The translations under genes were made by a program, and so were the position numbers. From positions 1 through 64,000 of the IMG/VR virus record IMGVR_UViG_3300037112_000155: a stretch of DNA of 64,000 nucleotides, one strand, 5' to 3'. Within the stretch, counting starts at the first letter, position 1, and the number at the start of each line of letters is the position of its first letter. The stretch is from an uncultured virus (IMG/VR IMGVR_UViG_3300037112_000155). Its lineage: Duplodnaviria; Heunggongvirae; Uroviricota; Caudoviricetes. This document shows positions 28,103-37,541 of this stretch, one piece after another. Under the pieces are notes generated by a model. It made no database searches. It saw only the letters and a program-made list of their open reading frames with translations, and was not told the origin of the DNA.

Positions 28103-28780
28103 CTACCTTCCCATGCGTTGTTTGCGGACCCGATCGGCGACTTGCTCCTGTGCAGGGGTCAGGGGTCGCTTGGTCATACGAGGCTGATCGTCCTCTGAGT
28201 TTGCGGTGGGGTCGTAGCTGGATTCCTCGGCCGGCATCGGCATGCGCGGATCGCGTTGCGCGACACGCTGGACAACTTGCTCCTGTGCTGCGGTCAGGTC
28301 TTTCTTCTGGGGGCCGCGGCGGCCCTTGCGATTGGGATTGCCGGGTTCTACCTTGCGGCCGGAGACAAACTCGGCGGCAGCCAGGCGCTCGAAGAACATC
28401 TCGGCATCCCACTGCTCGATCTCCTCGAAGGTGTAGCGGAAGATCCCGGCGATGATGGCTTTGCTGGCGGAGAGGAAGTTCTGCTTCAGCTCGGTGCGCT
28501 TCTGCTCCATCGCGTTCTTGACGGAGGTGTACTCGCCGCCGAACGGATTGGAGTCCAGCATCGAATGGGCGACGAACTCGACCAGACCCGCGGGGGCCTG
28601 GAAGATGGGATCGCCTTCCAAGGGAGGACCCTGAATCACGACAGCCCGGTACAGGTCGACGTACACCTGCATCGGGCTTTCGTAACGGAGTCGATCTTCG
28701 AACCGCCGGAACTCTGCCCAGGTCAGCGACCGCCACTTGGCGTAGCGGCCGCTTGCCCACTGAGCGCTAAATACCTGCAC
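28103..28780 (-). CDS. putative tail assembly chaperone 2 (225 aa)
   Basis: GTG start with AGGAGG SD; YTFEEIEQW..EMFFERLA.AE pattern; position between tube genes and giant protein. Confidence 0.5.
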   Translation of the reverse strand: MQVFSAQWASGRYAKWRSLTWAEFRRFEDRLRYESPMQVYVDLYRAVVIQGPPLEGDPIFQAPAGLVEFVAHSMLDSNPFGGEYTSVKNAMEQKRTELKQNFLSASKAIIAGIFRYTFEEIEQWDAEMFFERLAAAEFVSGRKVEPGNPNRKGRRGPQKKDLTAAQEQVVQRVAQRDPRMPMPAEESSYDPTANSEDDQPRMTKRPLTPAQEQVADRVRKQRMGR

Positions 28781-28792
28781 AAGTACCTCCTC

Positions 28793-29248
28793 TTACAGGT
28801 CCGCGCTGCAGCGGTCGATGGTCGCCGGATCCATGTAGTCGGAGAGCTGGCAGACGATCTCGTGAAGCGTCCCGGTGAGACCCGCGCCGGCGGCCTGCAA
28901 TGCCAGATCGCTGAGCTTGTGGTCGGCGGTTTCGCTGGTCCACGCGCAACATTTGATGGCAACCGTGGTCTGCATCACTCCGGACAGTTTGTCCGGGTGG
29001 ATGCCTGCGGGGATGAGGTTCTGCACCTGCACCAGTTCGATCGCGGAGATCCCGCGCATCAGGTACACGCGCTTGGCGTCGGTGGAATGGAAGAGGCGGA
29101 TGCGTCCCCCTGGGGCTTGCGTCTTCAGACTGTCAATGTCGGCTTGGTTGGGCGCGCCGGCGAAACCCTGGAGGAACTCGAAAGGGGTGATCGGGGCTCC
29201 CTGGTCTGCGGTCTGGTCTGCGGTCTGTTCTGCGGTCTGTTCTGCCAT
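28793..29248 (-). CDS. putative tail assembly chaperone 1 (151 aa)
   Basis: AGGAG SD; synteny; N-terminal EQTA/DQTA repeat. Confidence 0.5.
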   Translation of the reverse strand: MAEQTAEQTADQTADQGAPITPFEFLQGFAGAPNQADIDSLKTQAPGGRIRLFHSTDAKRVYLMRGISAIELVQVQNLIPAGIHPDKLSGVMQTTVAIKCCAWTSETADHKLSDLALQAAGAGLTGTLHEIVCQLSDYMDPATIDRCSADL

Positions 29249-29259
29249 AGAAACTCCTG

Positions 29260-30777
29260 TTAGTCCAGGCTTCGTGCAACGAAGCCATAGGCGTCAAGCA
29301 AGGTTGAGCCGGATTGGTCATAGACCTGATCGTTCGCGGTCAGCAGACAATTCCGGATGATCTTCGTTACCGTACGACCAGCGCCGGTCAATTCAAACCG
29401 GATGTCGAACGGGATGGACAGTGCGAGGGGCGACTTACTCTGCGTCGAGACGGTCCGGCCCGCAGTGTAAAGATCGAGTCCGCTGGGCCCAAGTGAATCG
29501 GCCAGCGACTGGATCTTGATGGAAAGTGCCTGCAGCTGGTCGGTCTGATCGTCCTTCTGTGCAGCCAGGGTCTGGTACTGCTGGACGGTGGTTGTCAGAT
29601 CGGCGATGTTGGCATCCTGCACCGACGCGGGTCGGTTGCTTGCCATCTTGGCGAACTCTTTCAAGACGGTGTACAGGTAGCCTTCAGTGACAAAGTTAAG
29701 CGCGAGCTGGCCTTGTACCAAACGCCTGCCGGTTCCAAAGCCGTCGGCCAGTTCAGAACTGTAGCCGTAGATGGGGATCCGGTTGCCCTGGTAGGTGAAC
29801 TGGATCTGCACCAGCTCGTCCATAAAGAGGTTGCCCACGTAGATGCGCGCCTGGGTGGCGGTGAAATACTTCCCATCCTGGGAGTTCGGGTAGATCCACT
29901 CGTAGTCCGGAGGGGTCGAGGTCAGAGTCGCAATCCCGCTTGACGCGGTTGTCGGCCCGGCGGAGACGGATCCTCCATTCGCGGGGACCTTCTGAGCGTC
30001 GCCTGCCTTTACATTCGAAGCTGCCGCATCCAGGATTGGAGGCTGGACCGCGTACTGGGTGACGCCCGCGGTGACGGTGAGAGGCGTGTCCGAACTGGTA
30101 TAACCCGTCTGGGAAGCAGTGACGAGGTATTGACCTGGGAGATACGTGTTGGCTGTCGTGGCCTGCCCGTTGGCGCAGGTCAACTGTTCTGCAGCTGGGC
30201 CGCCGGCAGCTGCCGTGGCGAAGAACAGGGTACAGCCTGCGGTTGCGGCAGTAGCCGCGCCCGCCGTCAGAGTCAGGTGCTGAGGCGACGTCGGGGTCGC
30301 CGTCACACTGAGTTGTGCGGGGAATCCCTGGGGGCCGGTCGCAGTCTGAGGAAAGGTGGAATCGTAGCCGGTGCCGGTTACGCGCACGGATACCGCGCCG
30401 ACAGGCCCGGTGACCCACACGGCGCCGGTCGAATCCGAGGTGCCGGCCCGGCTGGAGTTGATGTAGATCGTCGCCCCGGCGATCGGCTGGTTGGTCTTCG
30501 AGTCAACCAGCTTGGTCCAGTTGGCGAAATACTTCGGATCGCGGTCCAGATAGAGGGTGTTGACGTCGGTCTCGGAAAAGGTGATCCAGTCGGACTTGGT
30601 CAGATAGGTAGGGGCCGCCACCGTGAACTGGTTGGTCAAGCCGATGGTCACCTTCAGGGTTGTCGTGCCGTCGCTCGCCGTGGACGCGGACGCGCCGCCA
30701 CTGGACACGGTTGCTCCCTGAACGGGAAGGAAGTTGCCGTGATTGACGACTTTGAATCGGATCGTTGCAATGGCCAT
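29260..30777 (-). CDS. tail tube-like protein with N-terminal Ig/carboxypeptidase-regulatory-like domains (505 aa)
   Basis: C-terminal IQFTYQGNRIPIYGY...GRRLVQGQL is paralogous to the tube; N-terminal P(V/I)xGAT repeats. Confidence 0.65.
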   Translation of the reverse strand: MAIATIRFKVVNHGNFLPVQGATVSSGGASASTASDGTTTLKVTIGLTNQFTVAAPTYLTKSDWITFSETDVNTLYLDRDPKYFANWTKLVDSKTNQPIAGATIYINSSRAGTSDSTGAVWVTGPVGAVSVRVTGTGYDSTFPQTATGPQGFPAQLSVTATPTSPQHLTLTAGAATAATAGCTLFFATAAAGGPAAEQLTCANGQATTANTYLPGQYLVTASQTGYTSSDTPLTVTAGVTQYAVQPPILDAAASNVKAGDAQKVPANGGSVSAGPTTASSGIATLTSTPPDYEWIYPNSQDGKYFTATQARIYVGNLFMDELVQIQFTYQGNRIPIYGYSSELADGFGTGRRLVQGQLALNFVTEGYLYTVLKEFAKMASNRPASVQDANIADLTTTVQQYQTLAAQKDDQTDQLQALSIKIQSLADSLGPSGLDLYTAGRTVSTQSKSPLALSIPFDIRFELTGAGRTVTKIIRNCLLTANDQVYDQSGSTLLDAYGFVARSLD

Positions 30778-30779
30778 GG

Positions 30780-31706
30780 CTAGACCTGCCGTGTTGCGGC
30801 GGCGTTGAGCACGTCCGCCACGGTCCGCTGAGCAGCGGTGATCGGGTTGGACGCTGCCGCTACATGCTGACTGTTTTGGGAGATGGGGAGGAGAGGAGTG
30901 AAGTCGGCACAGACGTAGGAGACCGTCTGTTCGCTCAGCATGTCCTGGATGGAGTAGACGTCACCCGAAGTGACGAACTCAACACCGATCAGGCGCTGGT
31001 AACTCTGGTGACCGTACTCGTTCGAGAACAGGAAGGTCAGATTGAAGGGCGGGAGCTGATCGACCTTGACGTACTGGGAATCCTTGGAGAGATCGGAGGT
31101 GAAGGCGGCGGAGGTGAGAAACTCGGCCAGCACATCCTGCAGGAACTTGGTGAAGACCATGGTGCCGGCGATCGTGCGCCGCCCGCGCGCCCAGCCCTTG
31201 GTGTTGATGTACCCGCAGGCAGGTACCGGGGACTTGACCCGATGGACCGAGACGGTGATTGTGGTCAACTCCGCCAGGCGCTTGGACAGCCGTACCGATC
31301 CCGGAGTGCTTCCGCTGCCTGCAACCTCGAGCATGACCTTCAGGTCGGACCCGGTGTAGGTCATGTCATCGTAGTTCGACCCTGACGTGGTCAGCCCTGG
31401 GTTCGGAGTGTGATTGATCGCATCGGTGGGATAGTCGAAGGCGCCGGCGGCGCCGGGGTTCCACTGCGGCGTTACAACCGTTCCCTTTCCGTCGAGGGTA
31501 TTGGTCTTCGACGGGGTGTAAGCCGCGAGCGCCGCGGCGTCCTGCGCTGTTGGCGGGGCGAGCACCGGCGCACTGGCTGCCGGAGTAGGACCGGCGTCCG
31601 CAGGCAGACCCATCGCCACGAACGAAGTGACCTGAGACGAAGTCGTCTCAAGTCCACAGGTAAGCAGGCATTGGTCGGGAGATACGGTAGGGAAGGAGAT
31701 GGACAT
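30780..31706 (-). CDS. tail tube-like paralogue (308 aa)
   Basis: YTGSDLK...ITVSVHRVKSPV...RGRRTIAGTM...DQLPPFNLT aligns by eye with the tube. Confidence 0.7.
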   Translation of the reverse strand: MSISFPTVSPDQCLLTCGLETTSSQVTSFVAMGLPADAGPTPAASAPVLAPPTAQDAAALAAYTPSKTNTLDGKGTVVTPQWNPGAAGAFDYPTDAINHTPNPGLTTSGSNYDDMTYTGSDLKVMLEVAGSGSTPGSVRLSKRLAELTTITVSVHRVKSPVPACGYINTKGWARGRRTIAGTMVFTKFLQDVLAEFLTSAAFTSDLSKDSQYVKVDQLPPFNLTFLFSNEYGHQSYQRLIGVEFVTSGDVYSIQDMLSEQTVSYVCADFTPLLPISQNSQHVAAASNPITAAQRTVADVLNAAATRQV

Positions 31707-31795
31707 GGAATAAAGAAACGGGCAGCTTCAGCATGGCAGAAAGGAACAAAGAGCCAAAGGCTGAAACTGCCCGTATGGAGATTGAGGAGAAACGA

Positions 31796-32494
31796 TTACG
31801 CGCGCGTCAGAGCCGAACCGCCAATGCCGGTGGACGGCTGGAACGGACTGGACACGGCGGCCATCGGTTCGACCACACGGGCAACGAAGGTCGCCTGCAT
31901 CTCGGTAACCGCATCGTCGATCGAGATCCCGGAACCCTCGTTGAGGATTTCGAGGCCGAAGATCTTGGCCGCACACATGGCGCCGTACTCATTTGCGCCA
32001 GCGAGCGTTACATCGAACGGCAGAATCTGATCCGAATACCACGGGGTCGCCAGCTCATTGGTCGCGCCGACCGTGTTGATGGTCTGCTGATCGAGAGCAT
32101 TGATCGTGGAACTGATCGAGGGGCCCATGTCACGAATGACCGAGGACTGGAAGACCGCGGAGCCGTTGGACACGTCGGTGTACTGCGGGCGAATCTCGTC
32201 TGCATCGGCGACGAAGGTGCCGGCGGCCTGCTGAATGAGATTCAACAGAGCGTGGCGATCGAAGTTGATCCAGATGAGGGAGCCGGCAATGCCGCGCTTG
32301 TTGCGCGAGTAGGCGCGCACATCGGCGCTGCCCAGGGTGTAGACCGGGGCCTTCTCGCGGGTGATGGAGTAGCTGATCGCCTGCAGCTCGGCGAACTGGA
32401 ACTGGCCAATTACCGCCTTGATGTCCGAACCTGCGAACGAATTGTAGGAACGGCTGATTTCGCTGGCGAGTACACCGCCGAGAGCACTGGACAT
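31796..32494 (-). CDS. tail tube protein (232 aa)
   Basis: Follows sheath; FAGSDIK...ISYSITREKAPVY...KRGIAGSL...DQILPFDVT; AAGGAG SD. Confidence 0.75.
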   Translation of the reverse strand: MSSALGGVLASEISRSYNSFAGSDIKAVIGQFQFAELQAISYSITREKAPVYTLGSADVRAYSRNKRGIAGSLIWINFDRHALLNLIQQAAGTFVADADEIRPQYTDVSNGSAVFQSSVIRDMGPSISSTINALDQQTINTVGATNELATPWYSDQILPFDVTLAGANEYGAMCAAKIFGLEILNEGSGISIDDAVTEMQATFVARVVEPMAAVSSPFQPSTGIGGSALTRA

Positions 32495-32532
32495 GGAGAA
32501 CTCCTTGGAAGGATGAAGTCAGAAGGGATTCG

Positions 32533-32567
32533 CAGCTCCCGGAGATCGGGCGACCTCACGGGAGCTG
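32533..32567 (-). promoter_or_regulatory. stem-loop in the sheath-tube intergenic region
   Basis: CAGCTCCCG/CGGGAGCTG 9-bp stem. Confidence 0.5.
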
Positions 32568-32603
32568 AGCCGCGGCAGGTTTGCCGGCGGAGGGAGGGAC
32601 TAC

Positions 32604-34451
32604 TTAGCGGGTCAGGCCCACATAGGCGTTGAGCTGCACCATCTGGTCGGCCGGGTGGAACTTCAGGAACAGGTCGGCGTGACCGATGCGCTGTTCAGCC
32701 GCTGTGGTCTTGATGACCACGCTGGGGCTGTTGATGTAGCCACGCTTGGACAGTTCGGAGAGTCCGGTGTCCAACGCCGTCTTCAGCGAGGTGAGCTGGA
32801 GACCGTCGAGCGAGCTGGCTCCCACGAAGGGGTCGCCGATCGCAAGCATGGTGGCAACCACCAGGCCCTTGATGCGGACGCGCAGCACCTGGGTGTAGTC
32901 GCTGGCATCGGTGGCGCAGGTCTTGTCATGCAACAGCGCCGGACCGGTGGTCTTGGTCTTGAGCACGTTGATGTTGACCTGGGTGAGCGCATCGAGCTGG
33001 CCGGGTGTGTAGGTCAGGCCCGGCAGCTGCTGAATGCCGGAGACCGACAGGTTGGTCAGTGCGCGCTTCTCGTCGAGCATGCCGCAGATACCGGCAACGA
33101 ACGTCGCGATGTTGCTGACATAGTTGGTGGCAAAGCCATTCGAAAGAATGGCCTGGTCTGCAACCACATGCAGGTAGGCGCCGATGTCGATCGGATTCTG
33201 GTTGATGTCCTGTTCCGCGGCATCATCGTACTGTCCGCTCGCCGTCTGGAAGAAGCCAGGCTTGCGCGAACCGGAAGCAAAGTCGACACACAGGGGATTC
33301 AGATGCGCGGTGTCCGTGCCCGCCGTGTAGGCGATGCCGAGCAGGCCTGCACCGGCCGTGGTCACAACTCCGTTGGCGTCGTACTTGGGCAGGTAACCCA
33401 CCCACTTGCGCACATCGACCAGCTTGTAGGAAGCAGGGCCAGTCGTGCCGATGAAGCCAATGCACTCGTTGCCGAGCATGCTCACCGACGCGCAGAAGTT
33501 GGCGAGGGTGTAGCCCCAGTTGACTTCGGAGAAGCCCGCGGCCTTGCGCGACGCAAGGGTCACACCGGCGAAGGCAGCAACCGCTGTTCCGTTCGAGTCC
33601 GTTGTCTCGGACGCCCACTGGAACGTGAGGTTGCCATACGCATCGGCTGAGGTTTTGAGCCAGTCGAGCGCACTCGGGTTGATGACCGGGTTGTTGAGGG
33701 ACGTGGTAGCGTCGCCTGCGACATAGAAGGCCACGTTCGGCGCATTGAAGAGCGCCTCCGGAACCACAATCTGTTTGACCTGGAAGCCCTGGAGCAAGTC
33801 GAGCGCCTTGAGCAAGGCGACGAACTGCTGGCGGCCGGTGAGTCCGAGGCCGGTTACGCACGCGGTCAGCGTCGGAGCCGCCTGATGGGCTACGCCTGCC
33901 AGAGCCGCTGCGGCCTGAACCGTGATGGCATTGGCGAGGGTCGCGCTGGCTCCGGTACCGATCTGCAGACCTGCATTGCCGGCGATCAAGCCGTCGATGG
34001 TGAGGTCGCCGTTGTCGGTCGTCTGCAGCGGGTCGTTGGAATAGATCAGAGCCTCGCCGAAGTAAACGGCGAGCACACCGGCCTTGTACCAGACCTTGTA
34101 GTCGGTCGCGGCGGTGGCCTGAACCTGGCCGAACTCCAGACCGAAGCCTGCAGTCAAAGCGCCCGGGGTGGAATCTGCGCCGATGCCAGTGAGGGTCATC
34201 GGAGCGGTACCCATGCGGAACAGGATCAGGTTGTCGGAATTGGATGCAGCCTCTTCCATGCCCCGGATCAGGTTGCCCTGCAGTCCGAATTCGAGAGCCG
34301 CTTTGGTGCGATCGACAACCTGGTAAGGCTGGTTGGCGACGCCCTGGCCGGACGTGCTGATGACAAGAGTGGAGTCGGCCACCGGCTGCCGCTGAACGGC
34401 GAGGCCGCCATCAACGGTGTTGACCAGAATCCCAGGCAGATTGTTGTACAT
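32604..34451 (-). CDS. tail sheath protein (615 aa)
   Basis: N-terminal LPGILVNTVDGGL; C-terminal QLDAL...NVL...YTQVLRVRI...FVG; size and synteny. Confidence 0.85.
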   Translation of the reverse strand: MYNNLPGILVNTVDGGLAVQRQPVADSTLVISTSGQGVANQPYQVVDRTKAALEFGLQGNLIRGMEEAASNSDNLILFRMGTAPMTLTGIGADSTPGALTAGFGLEFGQVQATAATDYKVWYKAGVLAVYFGEALIYSNDPLQTTDNGDLTIDGLIAGNAGLQIGTGASATLANAITVQAAAALAGVAHQAAPTLTACVTGLGLTGRQQFVALLKALDLLQGFQVKQIVVPEALFNAPNVAFYVAGDATTSLNNPVINPSALDWLKTSADAYGNLTFQWASETTDSNGTAVAAFAGVTLASRKAAGFSEVNWGYTLANFCASVSMLGNECIGFIGTTGPASYKLVDVRKWVGYLPKYDANGVVTTAGAGLLGIAYTAGTDTAHLNPLCVDFASGSRKPGFFQTASGQYDDAAEQDINQNPIDIGAYLHVVADQAILSNGFATNYVSNIATFVAGICGMLDEKRALTNLSVSGIQQLPGLTYTPGQLDALTQVNINVLKTKTTGPALLHDKTCATDASDYTQVLRVRIKGLVVATMLAIGDPFVGASSLDGLQLTSLKTALDTGLSELSKRGYINSPSVVIKTTAAEQRIGHADLFLKFHPADQMVQLNAYVGLTR

Positions 34452-34508
34452 TCGATTTCTCCTCGTGGATCGGGCGAACTGACAGTCTGTTCGCTACAGG
34501 TGCGGGGC

Positions 34509-35174
34509 TTAGGTGGCAGGAACTTCGATCGTCTGAATGTTCCGCCCGATGCTTACATTGACCGTCAGGTCGGTGAGTTGGCGTTCGACAAAGGTGTCGA
34601 GATATTCAAGCCGGAAGGTGTAGGCGTACTGACGCTTGTACAACTCCTGGTTTTCCTTGAGTTCCACGGTGTCTTCGAGCCGCTTCAGGAATCGGAGTTG
34701 CTTGACCCCGTAGGCTTCGAAGACCTTGTAGAAATAGGCATACCGAATCAGGAAACGGTGAAACCACATGCACAAATCGTTGGCGGTCCCATTGGACTTC
34801 GACCAGGTCTCAAAGATGACCGTGTAGTTCTCCCACCAGCCCAGCGTGACCTCGTTGTAACCGGTCAGCTCGTTCATCACGCGCGTCTCGCGCAGAGCGG
34901 GTTGGCGTGGGGCGTTGCCCAGGTTCGAAGTGGTTGCCATCTCACCATCCACGACGTGGAAGGTGAATCCGTCGAACGGGGTATCCGGCTGGGAGAGGCG
35001 CTCCTTAGGGAAATCCTCAACGTAGAAGGGAGTGACTCCCTGGGGAAGTCCCTCGGTGGTGACGTAATTGGTCAGTGCCTGCCCGACGATCTGGAAGAAA
35101 CCATTGATGTCCACAGCAGGCTTGCTGGAACGCAGTGGCGGAGGGATCATCGAGGGGTGCACGATTGCAGACAT
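34509..35174 (-). CDS. putative tail completion/terminator protein (221 aa, starts MSAIVHP)
   Basis: Start reassigned downstream of the promoter motif, with GAGAGGA SD; FETWSKSN..A motif; lies before sheath. Confidence 0.55.
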   Translation of the reverse strand: MSAIVHPSMIPPPLRSSKPAVDINGFFQIVGQALTNYVTTEGLPQGVTPFYVEDFPKERLSQPDTPFDGFTFHVVDGEMATTSNLGNAPRQPALRETRVMNELTGYNEVTLGWWENYTVIFETWSKSNGTANDLCMWFHRFLIRYAYFYKVFEAYGVKQLRFLKRLEDTVELKENQELYKRQYAYTFRLEYLDTFVERQLTDLTVNVSIGRNIQTIEVPAT

Positions 35175-35210
35175 GTGCGGTCCTCTCGCGGGAGGTTTAC
35201 CCGGCCACCT

Positions 35211-35247
35211 CTGTCTAGTATAGGAAGACACACCTCTACCGGTGATT
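35211..35247 (-). promoter_or_regulatory. phage promoter motif, copy 2 (AATCACCGGT-N15-TATACTAGACAG)
   Basis: Repeated motif; its upstream 10-mer is shared with copy 4 at the same spacing. Confidence 0.75.
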
Positions 35248-35267
35248 CACCACTTGATCACGCGCAT

Positions 35268-35849
35268 TTAGGCGTTCTCCTTCTCGAGGCCAAGCTCGAA
35301 GAACTCGATTCGACCGTGATCTCCGTGCGTGGGAACCACCGACAGGACCTTCCATTTGACCGTCCGGACGAAGTGTCCGGTGAGATCGATGACCAGCTCG
35401 CCTTCGTGGTCGACCTTCAGCTCGTAGAGCTTGTCGTAGGCCTTGGCCTCCTGCAGCGTGTAGCGTTCGTAGTTCGGATAGACCTCGCTGCCGTCTGTGC
35501 GGAAGAACTCGACGTAGGCGGTTGCGCGGTTGGTATCGGTATAGCCCATACCCGCCTGGGGATACTGGCCGGTGGCCAGCACACCCGGCTTATAGACCGG
35601 GGCGACGCCGCGGTAGATCGCCATCGTTTCCTGGGTCTCGATGAACTGCCAACCCTCACCCTTGCAGTACGGGCAGTTGGGGCGCTTGCTGCCGCCTGTG
35701 ACCGGGTCCCAGCAGGCGCACGGTGTATTGCTGAGCCGGCGCAGGACAACTCCGCGGCCCTGGGGTGTAACATCCGCCCGGCCGTGAATGACTGCGTGCA
35801 GCTCTTCCCGGATGTCCGGGACCATGCTCATGTTGCCGTAGAAATCCAT
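35268..35849 (-). CDS. putative head-closure/neck protein with Zn-finger (193 aa)
   Basis: CACWD...CPYCKGEG; C-terminal DHGRIEFF; neck synteny. Confidence 0.6.
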   Translation of the reverse strand: MDFYGNMSMVPDIREELHAVIHGRADVTPQGRGVVLRRLSNTPCACWDPVTGGSKRPNCPYCKGEGWQFIETQETMAIYRGVAPVYKPGVLATGQYPQAGMGYTDTNRATAYVEFFRTDGSEVYPNYERYTLQEAKAYDKLYELKVDHEGELVIDLTGHFVRTVKWKVLSVVPTHGDHGRIEFFELGLEKENA

Positions 35850-35851
35850 GC

Positions 35852-36589
35852 TTAGTAGTACCCCGACGAGGACATCGACGTTGGAGCCAGAGGATAGCCC
35901 GGCTGGTAGATGCCAGACCGCATCGCGGAGAAGGGCGGCGAGCAGATGGGGGATGCGAAGAACTTGACCGGCTTGCCGCGGCCGCCGGTGGCGGACCCGG
36001 GATCAATCGAGGTGGCGTTTGCACCCATACCGTTCCCGCTCCAGGATCGCCCGGGGGTGCGTTCGCCCCAGTCCATGACTCCCTTGGCAGCAAAGTGGAA
36101 GGTGGGCCGGCCGCCCGGAACTGTACGGCCGCCGCTGCGGACCGCAACCTCGTAGCTCTTGATGTCGCCGGCGATCTGGGACAGGGGCTGTTTGAGGTCG
36201 GTCTTGCGATCGGCGGAGAAGTTGGCCAACACGTGCGCGCTCGGGCCCAGCAGGGAAACGATGTTCAGCATCAGGTCGCGGGTGGCGACTGCTGTGGTCC
36301 ACTGCATCCGGGCGCCAAGGAAACGTTTGAACTGCGGCCCGAACCAGGGATGATGGTTGGGTGAGATCAGGTCTGCTTTCAGACTGGCCTGGAAGATCTG
36401 GCAAGCCAGGGTGATGTCGGAGAGCTTGGCGATCGCAGGTCCGCCGCCCAGGCGCACCAGGTCCACACTCGAGTAAAACGGAGTGAGCTGACTGATGAGG
36501 TCGAAGGTGACGTCCTTCATCAGTGTCGCGCCGTTCTTCAGTTTGAGCCCGCGCGGGATCGCGATGTGGAATACGAGATTGCTCTGCAT
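35852..36589 (-). CDS. putative head-tail adaptor/neck protein (245 aa)
   Basis: Synteny; PFYSSVDLVRL helical core. Confidence 0.45.
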   Translation of the reverse strand: MQSNLVFHIAIPRGLKLKNGATLMKDVTFDLISQLTPFYSSVDLVRLGGGPAIAKLSDITLACQIFQASLKADLISPNHHPWFGPQFKRFLGARMQWTTAVATRDLMLNIVSLLGPSAHVLANFSADRKTDLKQPLSQIAGDIKSYEVAVRSGGRTVPGGRPTFHFAAKGVMDWGERTPGRSWSGNGMGANATSIDPGSATGGRGKPVKFFASPICSPPFSAMRSGIYQPGYPLAPTSMSSSGYY

Positions 36590-36592
36590 GAC

Positions 36593-37138
36593 TTAGGCGA
36601 CCACCAGACTTGGCTGAAAGACGATCGTGGTTCCGATGTTGTTCGTGAGCACCAGAGTGTAGGTGCCGGGAACAATCGTCAGGCTCCAGGCACCGGAACT
36701 ATCGAGTTGATAGGAAGCCAGGGCGTAGGACGGGTCGTTGTTGCCCACCGACCAGTCGGAATAGAAGTAGGCGTAGAGGGTAAACGTCGCAAGCTGCGGA
36801 GCGCTTGGCAGGAGCGCGCCCACTCCGCCGTAGTCTTGGGTCACGGTCACGAGATCCAGACCATCTGACCCAACCAACACAATGGGCTCGATGTCGCAGT
36901 AGTAGAGATCGTTGACAGTATCATCGATCGTCACCGCATCGCGACCGGCGGCCGTTGGGGTGTACTGCAGGCAGTAACTGCCGGCACCATTGTTTACAAG
37001 GCTCAGACCATCAGCACAGGCTGCGCCATCCCGCGTAAAGGAGATGGCGAAACTGGACAGCGTGCAGGTGGTGATCGGAACACTGGCAACATCGGCGATC
37101 CAGAACTGAATCAACCGGGATTGGCCAACAGTCGCCAT
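36593..37138 (-). CDS. hypothetical beta-rich virion protein (181 aa)
   Basis: Contiguous ORF with Ig-like character (GSYCLQYTP, PGTYTL). Confidence 0.5.
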   Translation of the reverse strand: MATVGQSRLIQFWIADVASVPITTCTLSSFAISFTRDGAACADGLSLVNNGAGSYCLQYTPTAAGRDAVTIDDTVNDLYYCDIEPIVLVGSDGLDLVTVTQDYGGVGALLPSAPQLATFTLYAYFYSDWSVGNNDPSYALASYQLDSSGAWSLTIVPGTYTLVLTNNIGTTIVFQPSLVVA

Positions 37139-37423
37139 TTAGGTCCTGGAAAGGAAGACGGTGTGAACGAAGGAGATCTTCTTCAGCGCGTCAACCGCGC
37201 CGAGAACTCCGGCCAGATGATAGAAGAGATAGCCAATGACGACGCCCATACCGGTCAACGCCCACTGGAACTTCTGAAGCCTGCCGAGCTGGCGGCCGTG
37301 TCCTTCTACGGTGTTGGAAAGGGTGGCAAAGCGCCCTGGTTGACCCTCGATGCCGATGAATACGGCATGGATGTCTCGTACTTTGAGAAGCATTTCCTTC
37401 TCATCTGAGGACGAAAGACTCAT
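37139..37423 (-). CDS. small membrane protein, coiled region plus one TM (94 aa)
   Basis: WALTGMGVVIGYLFYHLAGVLG hydrophobic helix; first gene after promoter copy 3. Confidence 0.5.
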   Translation of the reverse strand: MSLSSSDEKEMLLKVRDIHAVFIGIEGQPGRFATLSNTVEGHGRQLGRLQKFQWALTGMGVVIGYLFYHLAGVLGAVDALKKISFVHTVFLSRT

Positions 37424-37471
37424 GGTTGGACATCCTGTTGTCGGAGTAGAGCCGCAATAAAAGGCTCCTGG

Positions 37472-37491
37472 AGCTATCTAGTATAGGAAGA
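37472..37491 (-). promoter_or_regulatory. phage promoter motif, copy 3 (TCTTCCTATACTAGATAGCT)
   Basis: Repeated motif; restarts minus-strand transcription behind the plus-strand GT gene. Confidence 0.75.
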
Positions 37492-37541
37492 CGGCGGGTC
37501 TAGTCTTTGGTACCCGCTTTCGCCAATGGAATGATGGCGAT

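Noticed and set aside
28767..28952. Programmed frameshift between the two tail chaperone genes
   Set aside because: No clear slippery heptamer seen, and the downstream gene has its own AGGAGG SD and GTG start
29206..29248. 12-nt tandem repeat (EQTA/DQTA)
   Set aside because: In-frame low-complexity N-terminal repeat with no spacers; not CRISPR or regulatory
35175..35231. MSSYTRQ... extension of the tail completion gene
   Set aside because: It spans the promoter motif; the downstream ATG has an SD
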